From Chrysemys picta bellii (taxonomy: Eukaryota), in assembly GCF_011386835.1 (NCBI RefSeq), contig NC_088792.1:148180001-148244000 (forward strand): 64,000 nucleotides of DNA, read 5' to 3'. Each line of letters starts with the position of its first letter. The stretch's first letter is position 1. A program made the position numbers and the translations under genes. The notes beneath the pieces are model-generated. The model did not search any database. It saw nothing but the letters and a program-made list of their open reading frames with translations, and was not told where the DNA came from. Of the stretch, positions 10,621 to 21,026 are shown one piece after another.

Positions 10621-13462
10621 GGGACTCCTGGTCCTTGCCCCCAGGGAACCCCCGCCCACATGAGAGCTCCCAGCCCTGCAGACCCCCCCCCCCAGACAGC
10701 AAGGGTTGGGGGAGCTGGACCTTCACTGGGTGCAGGGCTGGGAGACCCCGTCTGGGGGGGCTGGTATTCAATCCCCTCCCAGGTCACGCCTGCCCCCACC
10801 CTGGCACATTTCGGGTCAAGGGCATGGCATCTATGTACCAGCCCTGCCAGTTCTCTGTTCAGCCGTGGAGCCTCGGGGGCTGGGTGGGAACAGGACCCCA
10901 GCTACTAATGCGTACAGCAAGCAGGACGCCTTTCTCCAGCTGGGCAAAAAGAGTAGGTGCCTATCCCCCATCCTCCTCCGCAGATAACCTGTAAGGGGGT
11001 GGCACTGGAGAACAGGGTAAGAGGGGGCAGGTAACACCCCCCCACAGCACCACCCCCTCGCCCTGCCACAAGGCCTATGCAAACATGCCCCACGTGCACC
11101 CCCCTAGGTGTGGTAAATCAATGGCATCTCCAGGCAGGCCTGTCCCGGCTCCCAGCCCCGCCAGCCCCATACCCAGCTGCAGCCCCAGGCCTCACTCTCC
11201 TCCCCATCAGGGACGACTACGACCGGGAGATGAAGCAGGCCAAGGAGAAGGTGAAGAAGAGGCACACGCCGACCCCGCCCCGGCCCAGGAAACCCGACCA
11301 GCAGGTGTACCACCCCTGCCGGAGAAGTGAGCACAGCTGGCGCCCTGCTTTCTGTGCTCCCACTGGGGAGCGGATGGGGCATGTGTACAGCAGAGAGGGG
11401 GCGCCTCCCCCTCAGCCCTCATTGTGGGGGCTGCCCAGGCATTGTTAGCTCCTGTGCTGATCCAAGTCATTGAGTTTGGTGGGGGCAAGTCCAGGATCCC
11501 CCCAGCACCATGTCTGCACCTTTGGTGCGACGGGCGCCAGTTCTAAGGGGCGGCTGACCGACCAGCCAGGTTTGGGCCGTGGCCAGGCTGAGGGATCAGA
11601 TGGGGACAGGCCTGGCATGCCCAGCCCTTTCCTTGGTCACTGGCAGTGCCACAGAGCAGGGGTTTAACCACGCGGTCCCTTTGCCCGGAACCCTGGGTCC
11701 AAATCTCAGTGACGGTCGCCCGCAGGACCTGGCTCTGGGCCTCCTAACTGGTGCCCATCCCAGTCCAAAGATGATCACGACTGGCCACTTCTGCTTAGCA
11801 GGATTCTGAGGGGCTGCGGGTCGGGATTCAGGGGCACTGGCAGAGCTGGTGGGGAGCCCAGGGCTGAGCTAGCAGGGGGCTGCGGGTCGGGATTGAGGGG
11901 CATTAGGTCAATGCCCCTTAAATCTGACGGATTCCTGGTGCCAGGTTCAAGGACTCCATTTCCAGACTGCTGCGTCCATGCCCTGTGTTCTCTGGGTGGG
12001 TGCAGGCACCACCTGGCCACACTCCCCTCATCGGCTCCCTTATGCTCCCCAGGTCGAGCTGACCCAGCCTGCGGCCTGGAGTATGAGGGGTCTAGCGAGA
12101 GCAGCTCCAGCACCGAGCCAGACCCCCGCGGCACAGAGCTCTTCTGCCTAGAGTATGAGGCCGACAGCGGCGAGGTCACCTCGGTCATTGTACACCAGGT
12201 ATGTGCCTGGCAAACCAGGCAGGGGGTGGCAGGAGAACAGGGCAGCAGGGAGGGGATCTCCTGGCAGGAGAGGGTGGGAGCTAGTAGGGAGCGCTCTCCC
12301 CCCGGGTCAGTGCTGACCCCAATGACTGAGCGAGGTGTTAGGGGCCTGGGCTGCAGGGAGCAGGGCAGGGGCACAGCTCAGGGAAGAGGGTTATGGGGTT
12401 CAGCAGGGGGCGCCGTGCTGCAGGGGGTGGAGCAGGGGGCACTGTGCTCTGTGGAGCAGGGCGAGGGCTCAACAGGGGGCGCTGTGTTGTGGGGACTGGA
12501 GCGGAGGGTGCTGTGCTGTGGGGAGAGGGGTGGGGGGCTCAGCAGGGGGGTGGAGTGGGGTGGGCTGTACTGTGGGGAGGCAGGTGTGGGGTTTGGCAGG
12601 AGGCGCCGTGTTGTGGGGACTGGAGCGGAAGGTGCCGTGCTGTGGGGAGGAGGTGTGGGGCTTGGCAGGGGGCGCCGTGTTGTGGGTAGCAGGGTGGGGG
12701 GCTTAGCAGGAGGCGCTGTGCTACAGGGAGTGGAGCAGGGGGCGCCGGGGTTTGGGGAGTGGGGCGGGGGACTTGGTAGGGGGCTCTGTGCTGTGGGGAG
12801 CGGGGCGGGGGACTTGGCAGGGAGCTCTGTGCTGTGGGGAGTGGAGCAGGGAGCATGTGGTGTGGGGAATGTGGGGGGGGGGCTCGGCAGGGGGCGCCGT
12901 GGTTTGGGGCGTGGGGCAGTTGCTTGACGGGGCCCTGTGATGCGGAGAGCAGGGTAGGGGGCTCAGCAGGGGGTGCTGTCACTCCTAGAGTTCTGTGTGG
13001 TCCCTCCATCCCGTTGGTGTCTCTCGCCCTCTCCCCTTGCTCCCCCGTCTCTCCGGGGGCAGAGGGCACCTCCACATGCCAGCTGCCGGCCCAGCGGCCC
13101 TCCCCTTCTACAGACAGGAGCCAGGGCCTGCAGACCCCATGGCAGAGGCTGCAGCCGCCGCAGAGTGACAGGGGATTGTCCGGCTGGGGCATGCTGGGGC
13201 CCTATCACATGCTGCCTGGGGCTGTACAGGGAGCTGGCGCTCAGCTGCTCGCTCCGCCAGGAGGGAGGGCTGGGCGCATGCGGGAGCTGGGTGGCAGGAG
13301 TTTCCAGAGCTGATGCGGGCCCTGCCCCTCTCACTGCAGGACGACAGCCCTGAGGAGGTGACGGAGAAGGTCTGTGCCCGGAGCCCGCTGGAGCCGCCCC
13401 TGCGTGAGGCCCTGAGGCAGAGGGTGCAGGAGGAGCTGCGGAAGCGGCGGGCGAAGCGCTGA
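10278..13462 (+). CDS. C2orf68: UPF0561 protein C2orf68 homolog, 4 exons, 166 aa
   Basis: Exons 10278-10393, 11211-11326, 12053-12198 and 13340-13462 total 501 nt with GT-AG introns in frame. Translation: ..GGRLDMSHGFVRHIRRNQIAR/DDYDREMKQAKEKVKKRHTP../..LFCLEYEADSGEVTSVIVHQ/DDSPEEVTEKV..EELRKRRAKR*. Confidence 0.95.
10400..10560. repeat. imperfect GC-rich tandem repeat in C2orf68 intron 1
   Basis: Repeated GGACCGGACCC and CCCTGCCCCCAGGACCGGACCCCG units. Confidence 0.6.
12395..12980. repeat. G-rich minisatellite in C2orf68 intron 3
   Basis: About 9 degenerate copies of NNGCAGGGGGCGCYGTG followed by GCTGTGGGGAG/TGGAGC spacers. Confidence 0.8.
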
Positions 13463-14501
13463 GGCCGGCCGTGCTGAGTGAGGAGCTAGGCGCAGAGGGG
13501 GAGCTGCGGCACCCTGGCTGGGGGTGTTGGAGGCTGTGGCCCCGGGGAGCGAGAACCCGGCTGCCCCAAGCTCCCACAGACTTGCTGAACGGGTTTGTTC
13601 CCTGCCACTCCCAGCCACCCCCAGCAGCCAGGGCCCAGCGCTGGTGCCCCAAGAAGGAGCTGGCTGCTAGGTAGGGATCCTGAGCGGGGTGGCCTGTGGG
13701 TCCTGGGAACTGGGGCAGATGAAGCCCTGGGCACAGCCTGGCGGGGAGGAGTCTTGCCCAGCCTGGTAATGCCTGGAGGGTGCACCGGTGCTGACAGGCC
13801 CCATGAAGCCACTCTGCCCCCATGGTCCTCCAGCCTCCCCTCCCCCAGGATCCCCCTGCCCCCCATCCCCTCAGGGTCCGCCCACCCCCAGCCTCCCATC
13901 CCCCTAGGGTCTCCCTGCCCCCATTCCCCCTGACTCCCCCGTCAACCTGCCCCCTGACTTCCATGCCCCCAGGGTCCCCCATTCCCCCAACTCCCACCTC
14001 CTGGGGTCCCCTATCCTCCGTTCTATGGGTAGCTGAGCTGCTCCCTGTTCTGGCTCAGTTCCCACGGGGGGCTCACACCCAGGCAGACTGTCTTGTTTAA
14101 GGGAGCTCTGTGGCTGGTTGAAGGTGCCAGGCTGTTGGCCAGCACACAGCACGGGACCTGGCAGCTGGGGCGGTGGCCAGAGGGCACCGGGATTGGGCTG
14201 GTCCCTGAGAGGTTCCCATGGGCCCTTACCTCCACCCAGGCAGGAATGTGCCACTGAGCCCTTTAGGGGACGCCCTGTGTCCTGGGTGGGGGAACCGGCC
14301 GAACCCCATTGGATCTGCCCTACACGCATGGTGGAACCGCCCCCTCGGCGCCGGGCTGCGTCAGGCATCTCGGCTCTAGTGCCCGTTGGCCCCGGGGCGC
14401 TGGAGAAATGAATGAGCCCCGTGCTCCAGTGCCATGGCCATCCAGGCCTGCCCCAGGGAGCTCTCGGCACCAGGACCGCAGGGCCCTGTGCTCGCGGCAC
14501 C

Positions 14502-14507
14502 AATAAA
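14502..14507 (+). terminator. candidate C2orf68 polyadenylation signal
   Basis: First AATAAA I found, about 1.04 kb after the stop codon. Confidence 0.5.
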
Positions 14508-17500
14508 TGTCCTGACAAAACAGAACCGGGGTGTGTAGTAACGAGCATTCCTGTGCGACCCCTGCCTGGATGGGGATCGCTGGGGCCGCACACTGGGGGT
14601 GTTCTAGCCCCCGACCCCCTTTGTCTCCCAGGCTTTAGAACTGGGGAGGGTGCGGTCCTCAACTCATCCTCGCCCCTCCCCTGAAATGGACGAGTCTTAT
14701 CAGCCTGGCCCAGGTCACCCAGCAGAGCTAGGAATGGGCCCCGCTCCCCTGAGCGCCAGCCTGGTGCCCTCATCGCTACGCAATGCTGACCCCTGGCGTG
14801 TGATTTCATCTGTCTGCTGCCACGGCCCCGGCGAATGCTGCACACGCCAGCAGCTCTTCCTTCCCCCCAGGATCTGGAGAGGCACTTCGGCTGCTGTTCC
14901 GCCCCCTGAGTTGGTGGGGAAACTGAGGCGCAATGAGCAGAAATGATTCAGGCCAGCTCAGGCAGCCGGTCAGCAGCAGAGCTGGGAACGGAACCCGGGA
15001 GTCCAGCTTCTCTGTCCTGAGCACTGAGCAGGAGGCAGTTCTTGTGCTGCCCAGTCCCCCCTGGTGTTAGGTGCCTCTCCACCAGGCCCCACCCCTTGGA
15101 GGACACCTCGCCCCCTGCACTCACTCCCACACCCATCGGCCACCTCCCTTGGGGGCAGAGAGGTGGGGCCGCCTGAGGGAGGGTATAATTCCCACTAGGG
15201 CCTGTTCTGGGGCAGGGCGACTCATCCGCTTCTCTGGCACGTCGTGTGTGGGGGCAGTGATCAGTTTTCGCCGAGCCCAGAACTCGCATGAGCCTGAAGG
15301 AGAAGATTCTTGCCCCTAAGGCAGGTTGGTAGATGGGCCTGCATGAAGAGTTGTTCCCTTTAAATGGAGCAAAACCCTCCCATGTGCACGTCTCTGTTTG
15401 AACCAGGTTCTAGCAGTTTAACTTCAGTGGATTGGGAACTGGTTCAAGCTGACGTGTGATCAGTGTGTCCTCACGGGGGCGACGCTGGTTTCACTAAACT
15501 GGCACAAATCGCGGGCAGGGGGCTGCCTTTTCATTGTGTGGCGTCCCAGGCACTGCCACAATCCAGATACTCAGACAATCCCGCAAACCTTTCTGTGCCT
15601 GGGTCACTTTCAGACCCTGCTCATGTCTAGCTACGCACAGAACGACCGTGCCACTGAGCTCAAAGCGCTTGCAATGGGCACCATGGCTATCCCCATTTTA
15701 CCAAAGAGGAAACTGAGGCACAGGAGGGGAAAGCCCAAGGGTCACCCAGCAAACCCGTGGTCTAACCACTAGCCACATGGCTTTCCTGAAATTAAAGGGA
15801 AGAGAATAGTCACTTTTCCTGCAATGGGATTGGACTATGCAGCCATTTGCACCCAACGGTTGCATGGTCAAATACTTGTCCTTCTGTCACGTTCTTGCAG
15901 TGATGGGGGTCTGCGGGGTGGTGGGAGCTCTGGGAGGCACACCGGTTTCACACAGAAAGGTGGTCTTCGGGTGTCTGTTTACCATTCAGAGTTTACAGCC
16001 GCAGTGTCTGAGCCGGACCCCGCCCGCTGGATGTATTTCTGCGGCCTGCGTGGCACGTTCAAATCCTGCGGCATCTCGGTCTTTGTTTGAACTGCAAAGG
16101 GAATGTCCAGCCAGCGGGGTAGTGAAGAAACCCCTGAAAACGTGCCCTGTGAGATAGCATTGCCTACCTGAGTCTGCAGAGAGCCGGAAGCAAGGGCTCG
16201 GAGAGCTGTAAATGCTGCACTGTTGACTCCAAAGCCCGTTGATGGCACTTTCAGTGTCTGTGTTCGGTGTCCCATTGCGGATCCTTCGAGCAGCTGGACG
16301 GGGGGGCACTCCCGGGTGGCAACGGCTGACAGGAAGAACGGAAAAGATGCACTGTGCCAAGGGAGCAGGGGAGAGAAACGGGGCAGGGCTGGCCTCCAGG
16401 GAAGCAGAGGCTCCTATCAGGCCATGCTGGATGCAACAAGAAGGGCCTAGGAATAACCATGAGAGTTGCTACCTGCAGGCCACGTTCTCCCCCATCTCTG
16501 TGCAGCTCCCCTTGGCATCAGCAGCGGCTCCGAGGGGGCCAGGGTGTCCCAGGGCCATGGCCAGGCCATGGAACGTGGCATCCAAACATGTCCACCAAAC
16601 GAGCTTGTCAGCCGAGGTTTGTAACAAGCCTGCGCCCGTCGCTGCCCCCAAACGCTGCTGTGAATCCAGGGCTCCTGACCGCTGCCGAGTGCATGGTGCG
16701 TACCCAACTGGGCCCCAGGGGATCCGGGCTCATACTGGCGCCGGTCGACCCGGAGCAGCCAGGAGTTCTCTCAGATGGGTGTGGAGATGGGTTATTTGCC
16801 TGATATCCCCTGTGCCTGCAGGCGCGTGGCAAGCTGTGGGAAGGACCCAGCTGTCCTGGGCTCTCTTACCCATGAGAAGCACTCTCCTATTTCACAGCCC
16901 TGGAGCTACAAGGCCTCTAGCCACAGCTCGGGTCCAGGGGGAGTGACCCCCCCTCTAGGCAGCCCATCTCAGCCCTGCTTGGGACAAATTCAAACCCAAG
17001 GGTGAGGGGATCTGAGTGTAGGGCAGAGCATGACACCCACCGCTGGGAATCTGCAGCACCTGCCAGCCAGGGATCCCCAGCCACTGCATGCAGGAGCGAC
17101 CTAGCTGCACAGGGCAGTGTCCTCTCCTCCAGGCTACAGCTGGGGAAACTGAGGCACGGAGTAGGGAAGTGGTGTGTTGAAGGTCACATAGTCCGTGGCA
17201 GCGATGGGGCTAGAGCCCTGAGTCCCAGCCCCTTTGCTCCAGCCCACCAACACGCTGACTCCTGGAGCTACTTTGAACTGGGACCTGATGAATTCCCATT
17301 TCGCTCCCCCCATACTCACCCAGTCTGCTGTCAGCAGCATTCCCGCCCAGCTGCCCTGCTCCTCGTGGCTCTCGTTCACCCCGCTACCCTGGCAGCAGCG
17401 CGGCCCAGAAACCTACAGCCAGTAGGGAACGGGCCCTGGGTTGTCAGATCCATGGTCTCCCATCCCAGGGCCTGCAGCCACCAGGGTAGGAGTGATTTTG

Positions 17501-18252
17501 GGAATATCCAGGGGACTTGTTTATAATCTCCCAGGCTCGGCTCTGGTGTAACTCCAGAGCCGAGATTAGCCCCCTTCCCGCTGTCTGGGATGTTGGGGCT
17601 CTAAGGGTGATGTGGGGAACCGACAATGCAGTCGTGGCTGCTGGCTTGGAGGCAGTGGCAGATTAGTCACTGGGCCAATGGGGCCCGTGCCCAGGGACCC
17701 TGGCCAATTGGGGGGGGGGGACAAAAAATGGGCAATCCCGTGCCCCGACTCACTCCGCCTGCCCACCCAGCGCTCCTGCCGGGGAGCAAGGGAAGCCCCC
17801 TCATCCCAACCTCATTTCCCCGGCAGGAGAATGTGGGGGAGGGGACCCCACTTGCTTTGGTCCAGGGCCCCACAAAAGCTTAACCCGCCTCTGCTTGGAG
17901 ACCTGGGGTCAGCGCTGGCATGGTCCTGGAGGGCAGAGAGGGTGAGTCGCAGGCTGCAGGCTTCTCCAGACCTAGGGAAGGCCCGAAAGCAACCGGTGCA
18001 CCCCTGACACCCATAAGATTGTGGCTGAAGAGGGATTGTGTGGTGGGGGATGGGGCCTGATCCACTCCCTCATCATCTGATTTACATGGCTGGCGGGATG
18101 GGGGAAGACCCCTGATCCCAGCACTTGGCAGGGAGAGGCGTCACTGCCAGCGTGGCCAGAAGATCTCACCCACACGGAGCTGGTGGCACGGGGCAGCACT
18201 GAGGTTGGGTGGATTATTTCCAGCCTCTCCTGGAGGCGGAAAGCTTCTTGGC

Positions 18253-18595
18253 TAGACATGCCAAACCTGCGGAAAAAACGCAGAAATTGGGCTTGTTTTT
18301 GGCTTAATTGGCTTGTGAGTTGCTTGTTGGCTAGTTTGGAGTTGTAGCTTGTTGTAGTTCCTTCTTTTGTTTTATTAGCTCCCAGGAAAGGGGGGGGCAA
18401 GCAGGGTCCAGGGCGGGAGAGAGTCAGAGGTGCACAGCAGGCCCCAGACTGCACGCCGGGGGGATCTAGTCACATGGAGTGTTGGGGTTCTTAGGGATTG
18501 GCTTGTTTTGGCCTTGTCTGGATGGGACTAGCTTGATTTTGGGTTTATTGTGAAAGTCAAGGTGCTTAGTTACTGCGGGAAAGTTGGCAACTGTG
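18253..18595. mobile_element. non-autonomous hAT-like MITE
   Basis: Diverged TIRs TAGACATGCCAAAC and GTTGGCAACTGTG; 8-bp TSD TTCTTGGC (18245-18252) and TTCTGGGC (18596-18603). Confidence 0.7.
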
Positions 18596-19029
18596 TTCTG
18601 GGCTGATCCACTGCCAGGCTGTTTGTCTGGGGATGGTTGGATCCATCGGGGCGGAGGGGAGCCAGCAGTCAGCGGGGTGTTAAGGATGGTGCACAATGCG
18701 AGCAAGACACCCCAGAGTGCATGGCAGGGCCAGGGGCACCAGCCCTGTGCAGCTCCCACCTGCTCCGTGGTAATATCTGCTCCTCCTTTTCCTGAATCCG
18801 CATGGGATACGAACACCCCCCTGGCTGCAGCCCAGGCTCCTGACCTCAGACCCACCAAGGCCTGGACTCAGCCTAGAGCCAGGATTTAGACCCTGAGCTG
18901 GGACCCCTAATTCAGGACTTGGACCCGTGGCAGGACCCCCCGTATTGTGCCCCCCCCGACCTGTGCTGAGGACAGGACTCGAACCGCAACACAGGAATTC
19001 CCGAGGGAGGGGAAACATTGACTCCCCCT

Positions 19030-19790
19030 CCCCATCTCAGAGATGGGTCAGTCCAGCCTGACCCCCCCATCATTCAAACGTCAAACCCCGCCCCTTCTCA
19101 GGGATCCCTGAGAAGCCGTCGTAGAAGCCACGCCCCGTCCGATAGAGCTCCAACCCAGCCCCCTCCGCTCTATTGTCCCGGCTGTGGTCGCTTCGCGCTG
19201 CATGGCGGGAGTTGTAGTCCTGCACAAGGGTGGCTCGGAAACGACAGCTCCCGTCGGGCCTTGCGCGCCGCGGTCAGCTGCGTGGGGGCGGGGCCGGCCT
19301 GGCCTGTTAAAGGTCCGTGTGGAGCCGGCAACCCCGGCGCGCTGGGGCCGGGACGGGAGGTTGCGGCGGGGAGCGGGTAAGAGACCCCCCCGCCCCCATC
19401 CGTGGGAACGTGCCTGGCCCCCTCCCCCCAGAGACCCGGATCTGCCCCCCCCCCGAGACCCGGGTACCTCCACACATCTGGGTCCGCCCCCCCTACTGGC
19501 CCCCGGGTTTGTGAGCTCGCGAGCGAGGGCGGTGCGGGCTCCCGTCTGTCCGACCTCGCTCCGGGGGCACTGGGTGGGCGCGGGCGCTGCAAGACCCTGG
19601 GTGGAGAAGCCGGGACCCACCCCGCCCCCCCGCGGCCCCAGAGCTGGCAGCGCTGCAGGGTCCCTGCTGCACCACCCCCGGGATCCCGGCAGCGCGGGGC
19701 CGGGGCCGGCTTTGCCGGAATGACCCGGGAAACCCGCGGGGATCCAGCGCTGGCGGCGGCCCGGAGGTGCGGGATGAATGAAATGTTGCT
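19030..19790 (+). promoter_or_regulatory. TMEM150A CpG island, promoter and probable non-coding exon 1
   Basis: CpG-rich, GC box at about 19285, and a strong donor GAGCGG|GTAAGA (GT at 19377-19378). The next strong acceptor is (CT)n-TTCCAG ending at 20882. Confidence 0.65.
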
Positions 19791-20896
19791 GTCCCTGACC
19801 CGAGCCCAGCCCGTAACCCTGATACTTGGCTGGGACGCGAAGCCTTTAGGTGTGTGGCCCCAGGGGCTGCCAGGGCCTGTCTCGTCAGGTAAATCGCCGT
19901 CCCCTCGTGGTAGCCGATCGGAAAGCGTCCAGGCACTGGCTGTGCCCTGGAAGCTGAATTCTAATCTCACTGCTAGGCGGGGTCCCTCCAGGCCAGGGGG
20001 ATGGGGAGAGAGAGGCCTTGTCTCTTCACCCCCTGCTATGGGGAGAGCTTTGTTCTCCAGGGCTGCCTAGCTAGCCCAAGTCCCACGCAAGGAAGGAGCG
20101 AGTGCCAGAAAGTCTGTGTCCTTGAGCCGCTGGATCAGTGCATGGGGAGGGTGCTAAGCAACAGGGCCAGGGATGGCTGCCAAGCTGGGCCCTTGGCTTC
20201 GAATCCAGCAGCATGAAGGTGAAGTAAATGTCCTGCTTCCTTGGTTGGAAGTGCACAAGGAGCTGGAAAGAGAAGGGTGGTGGGGGTGCCTGTAGCTTTG
20301 AGGTGGGGGTGTGGCTTAGTGGCAGTGGGGCTGTGTCAGCGGGAGGGGGGGGTGTTGTATCAGTATGTGGTAATGCAGCTGTAGCACAAAGCGGGGGAGC
20401 ACCCAGGAGCTGGCTGCCCAGGGGCACAGGAGAAGGGTGGGCTGGAAGAATCTGCAGCTGCCCTATGCCCAAGAGGGTCTCCCTGCCCCGATGGAAGCAT
20501 GGTCATGAAGAACTGCCTGCTGCCATCCTGTGACACTTGCCATATGTCCCAGCATTGACACGCATTGTGCCCTGGCTGCAAGGTCAGGGGTGAGTGGGAG
20601 AGGGCTTTGTAGTGCTACCAGGGATTTGGTGGGAGAGCACAGGTGGTCTATACATTGGCTAGAGCCAGGGGGTGGGCCTGGGGACTCCTGGGTCGGTGGG
20701 TGGGATGATGGACACCTGCTGTCCAAGGGATGTGGCTGTTAAAGAGGAAAACAGTCCCAACCTGAGGGGCTCCAAGGTAGTGGTGACCTGACACCACCTC
20801 TTCTCCCCCCCCCCCCCTCGGTGTAACACTAGGTCTGGCTGCTGTTGGTTGACATTGGCACTTCTCTCTCTCTCTCTTCCAGGCAGGTGCCTTCTG

Positions 20897-21026
20897 ATGG
20901 TTCCGAGTGGAGGCCTTGGATTGTAGCTGGTGCCCATCCGTCCCCCCCCTTCTCCCTTCCCTTCCCTTCCCTCCTCATCTCCGAGTCCCCCCACACACAC
21001 ACATGTTCCGTATCTGGACTCACTAA
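20897..21026 (+). other. two upstream ORFs in the TMEM150A 5' UTR
   Basis: uORF1 20897-20926 (MVPSGGLGL*). uORF2 21003-21026 (MFRIWTH*), whose TAA overlaps the main ATG (TAATG). Confidence 0.6.

Noticed and set aside
9856-14845. Long ORFs of 250-344 aa (9856..10659, 10041..10799, 11893..12927, 12963..13997, 13904..14845)
   Set aside because: They are G/P/A/R-rich translations of CpG islands and minisatellites where stop codons are rare. The only real coding parts are the C2orf68 exons.
17536-17564. 11-bp stem hairpin CTCGGCTCTGG-TGTAACT-CCAGAGCCGAG
   Set aside because: Short and isolated. Probably a decayed palindromic MITE or chance.
19081-20070. Overlapping 180-266 aa ORFs on both strands
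   Set aside because: CpG-island artefacts with no recognisable domain.
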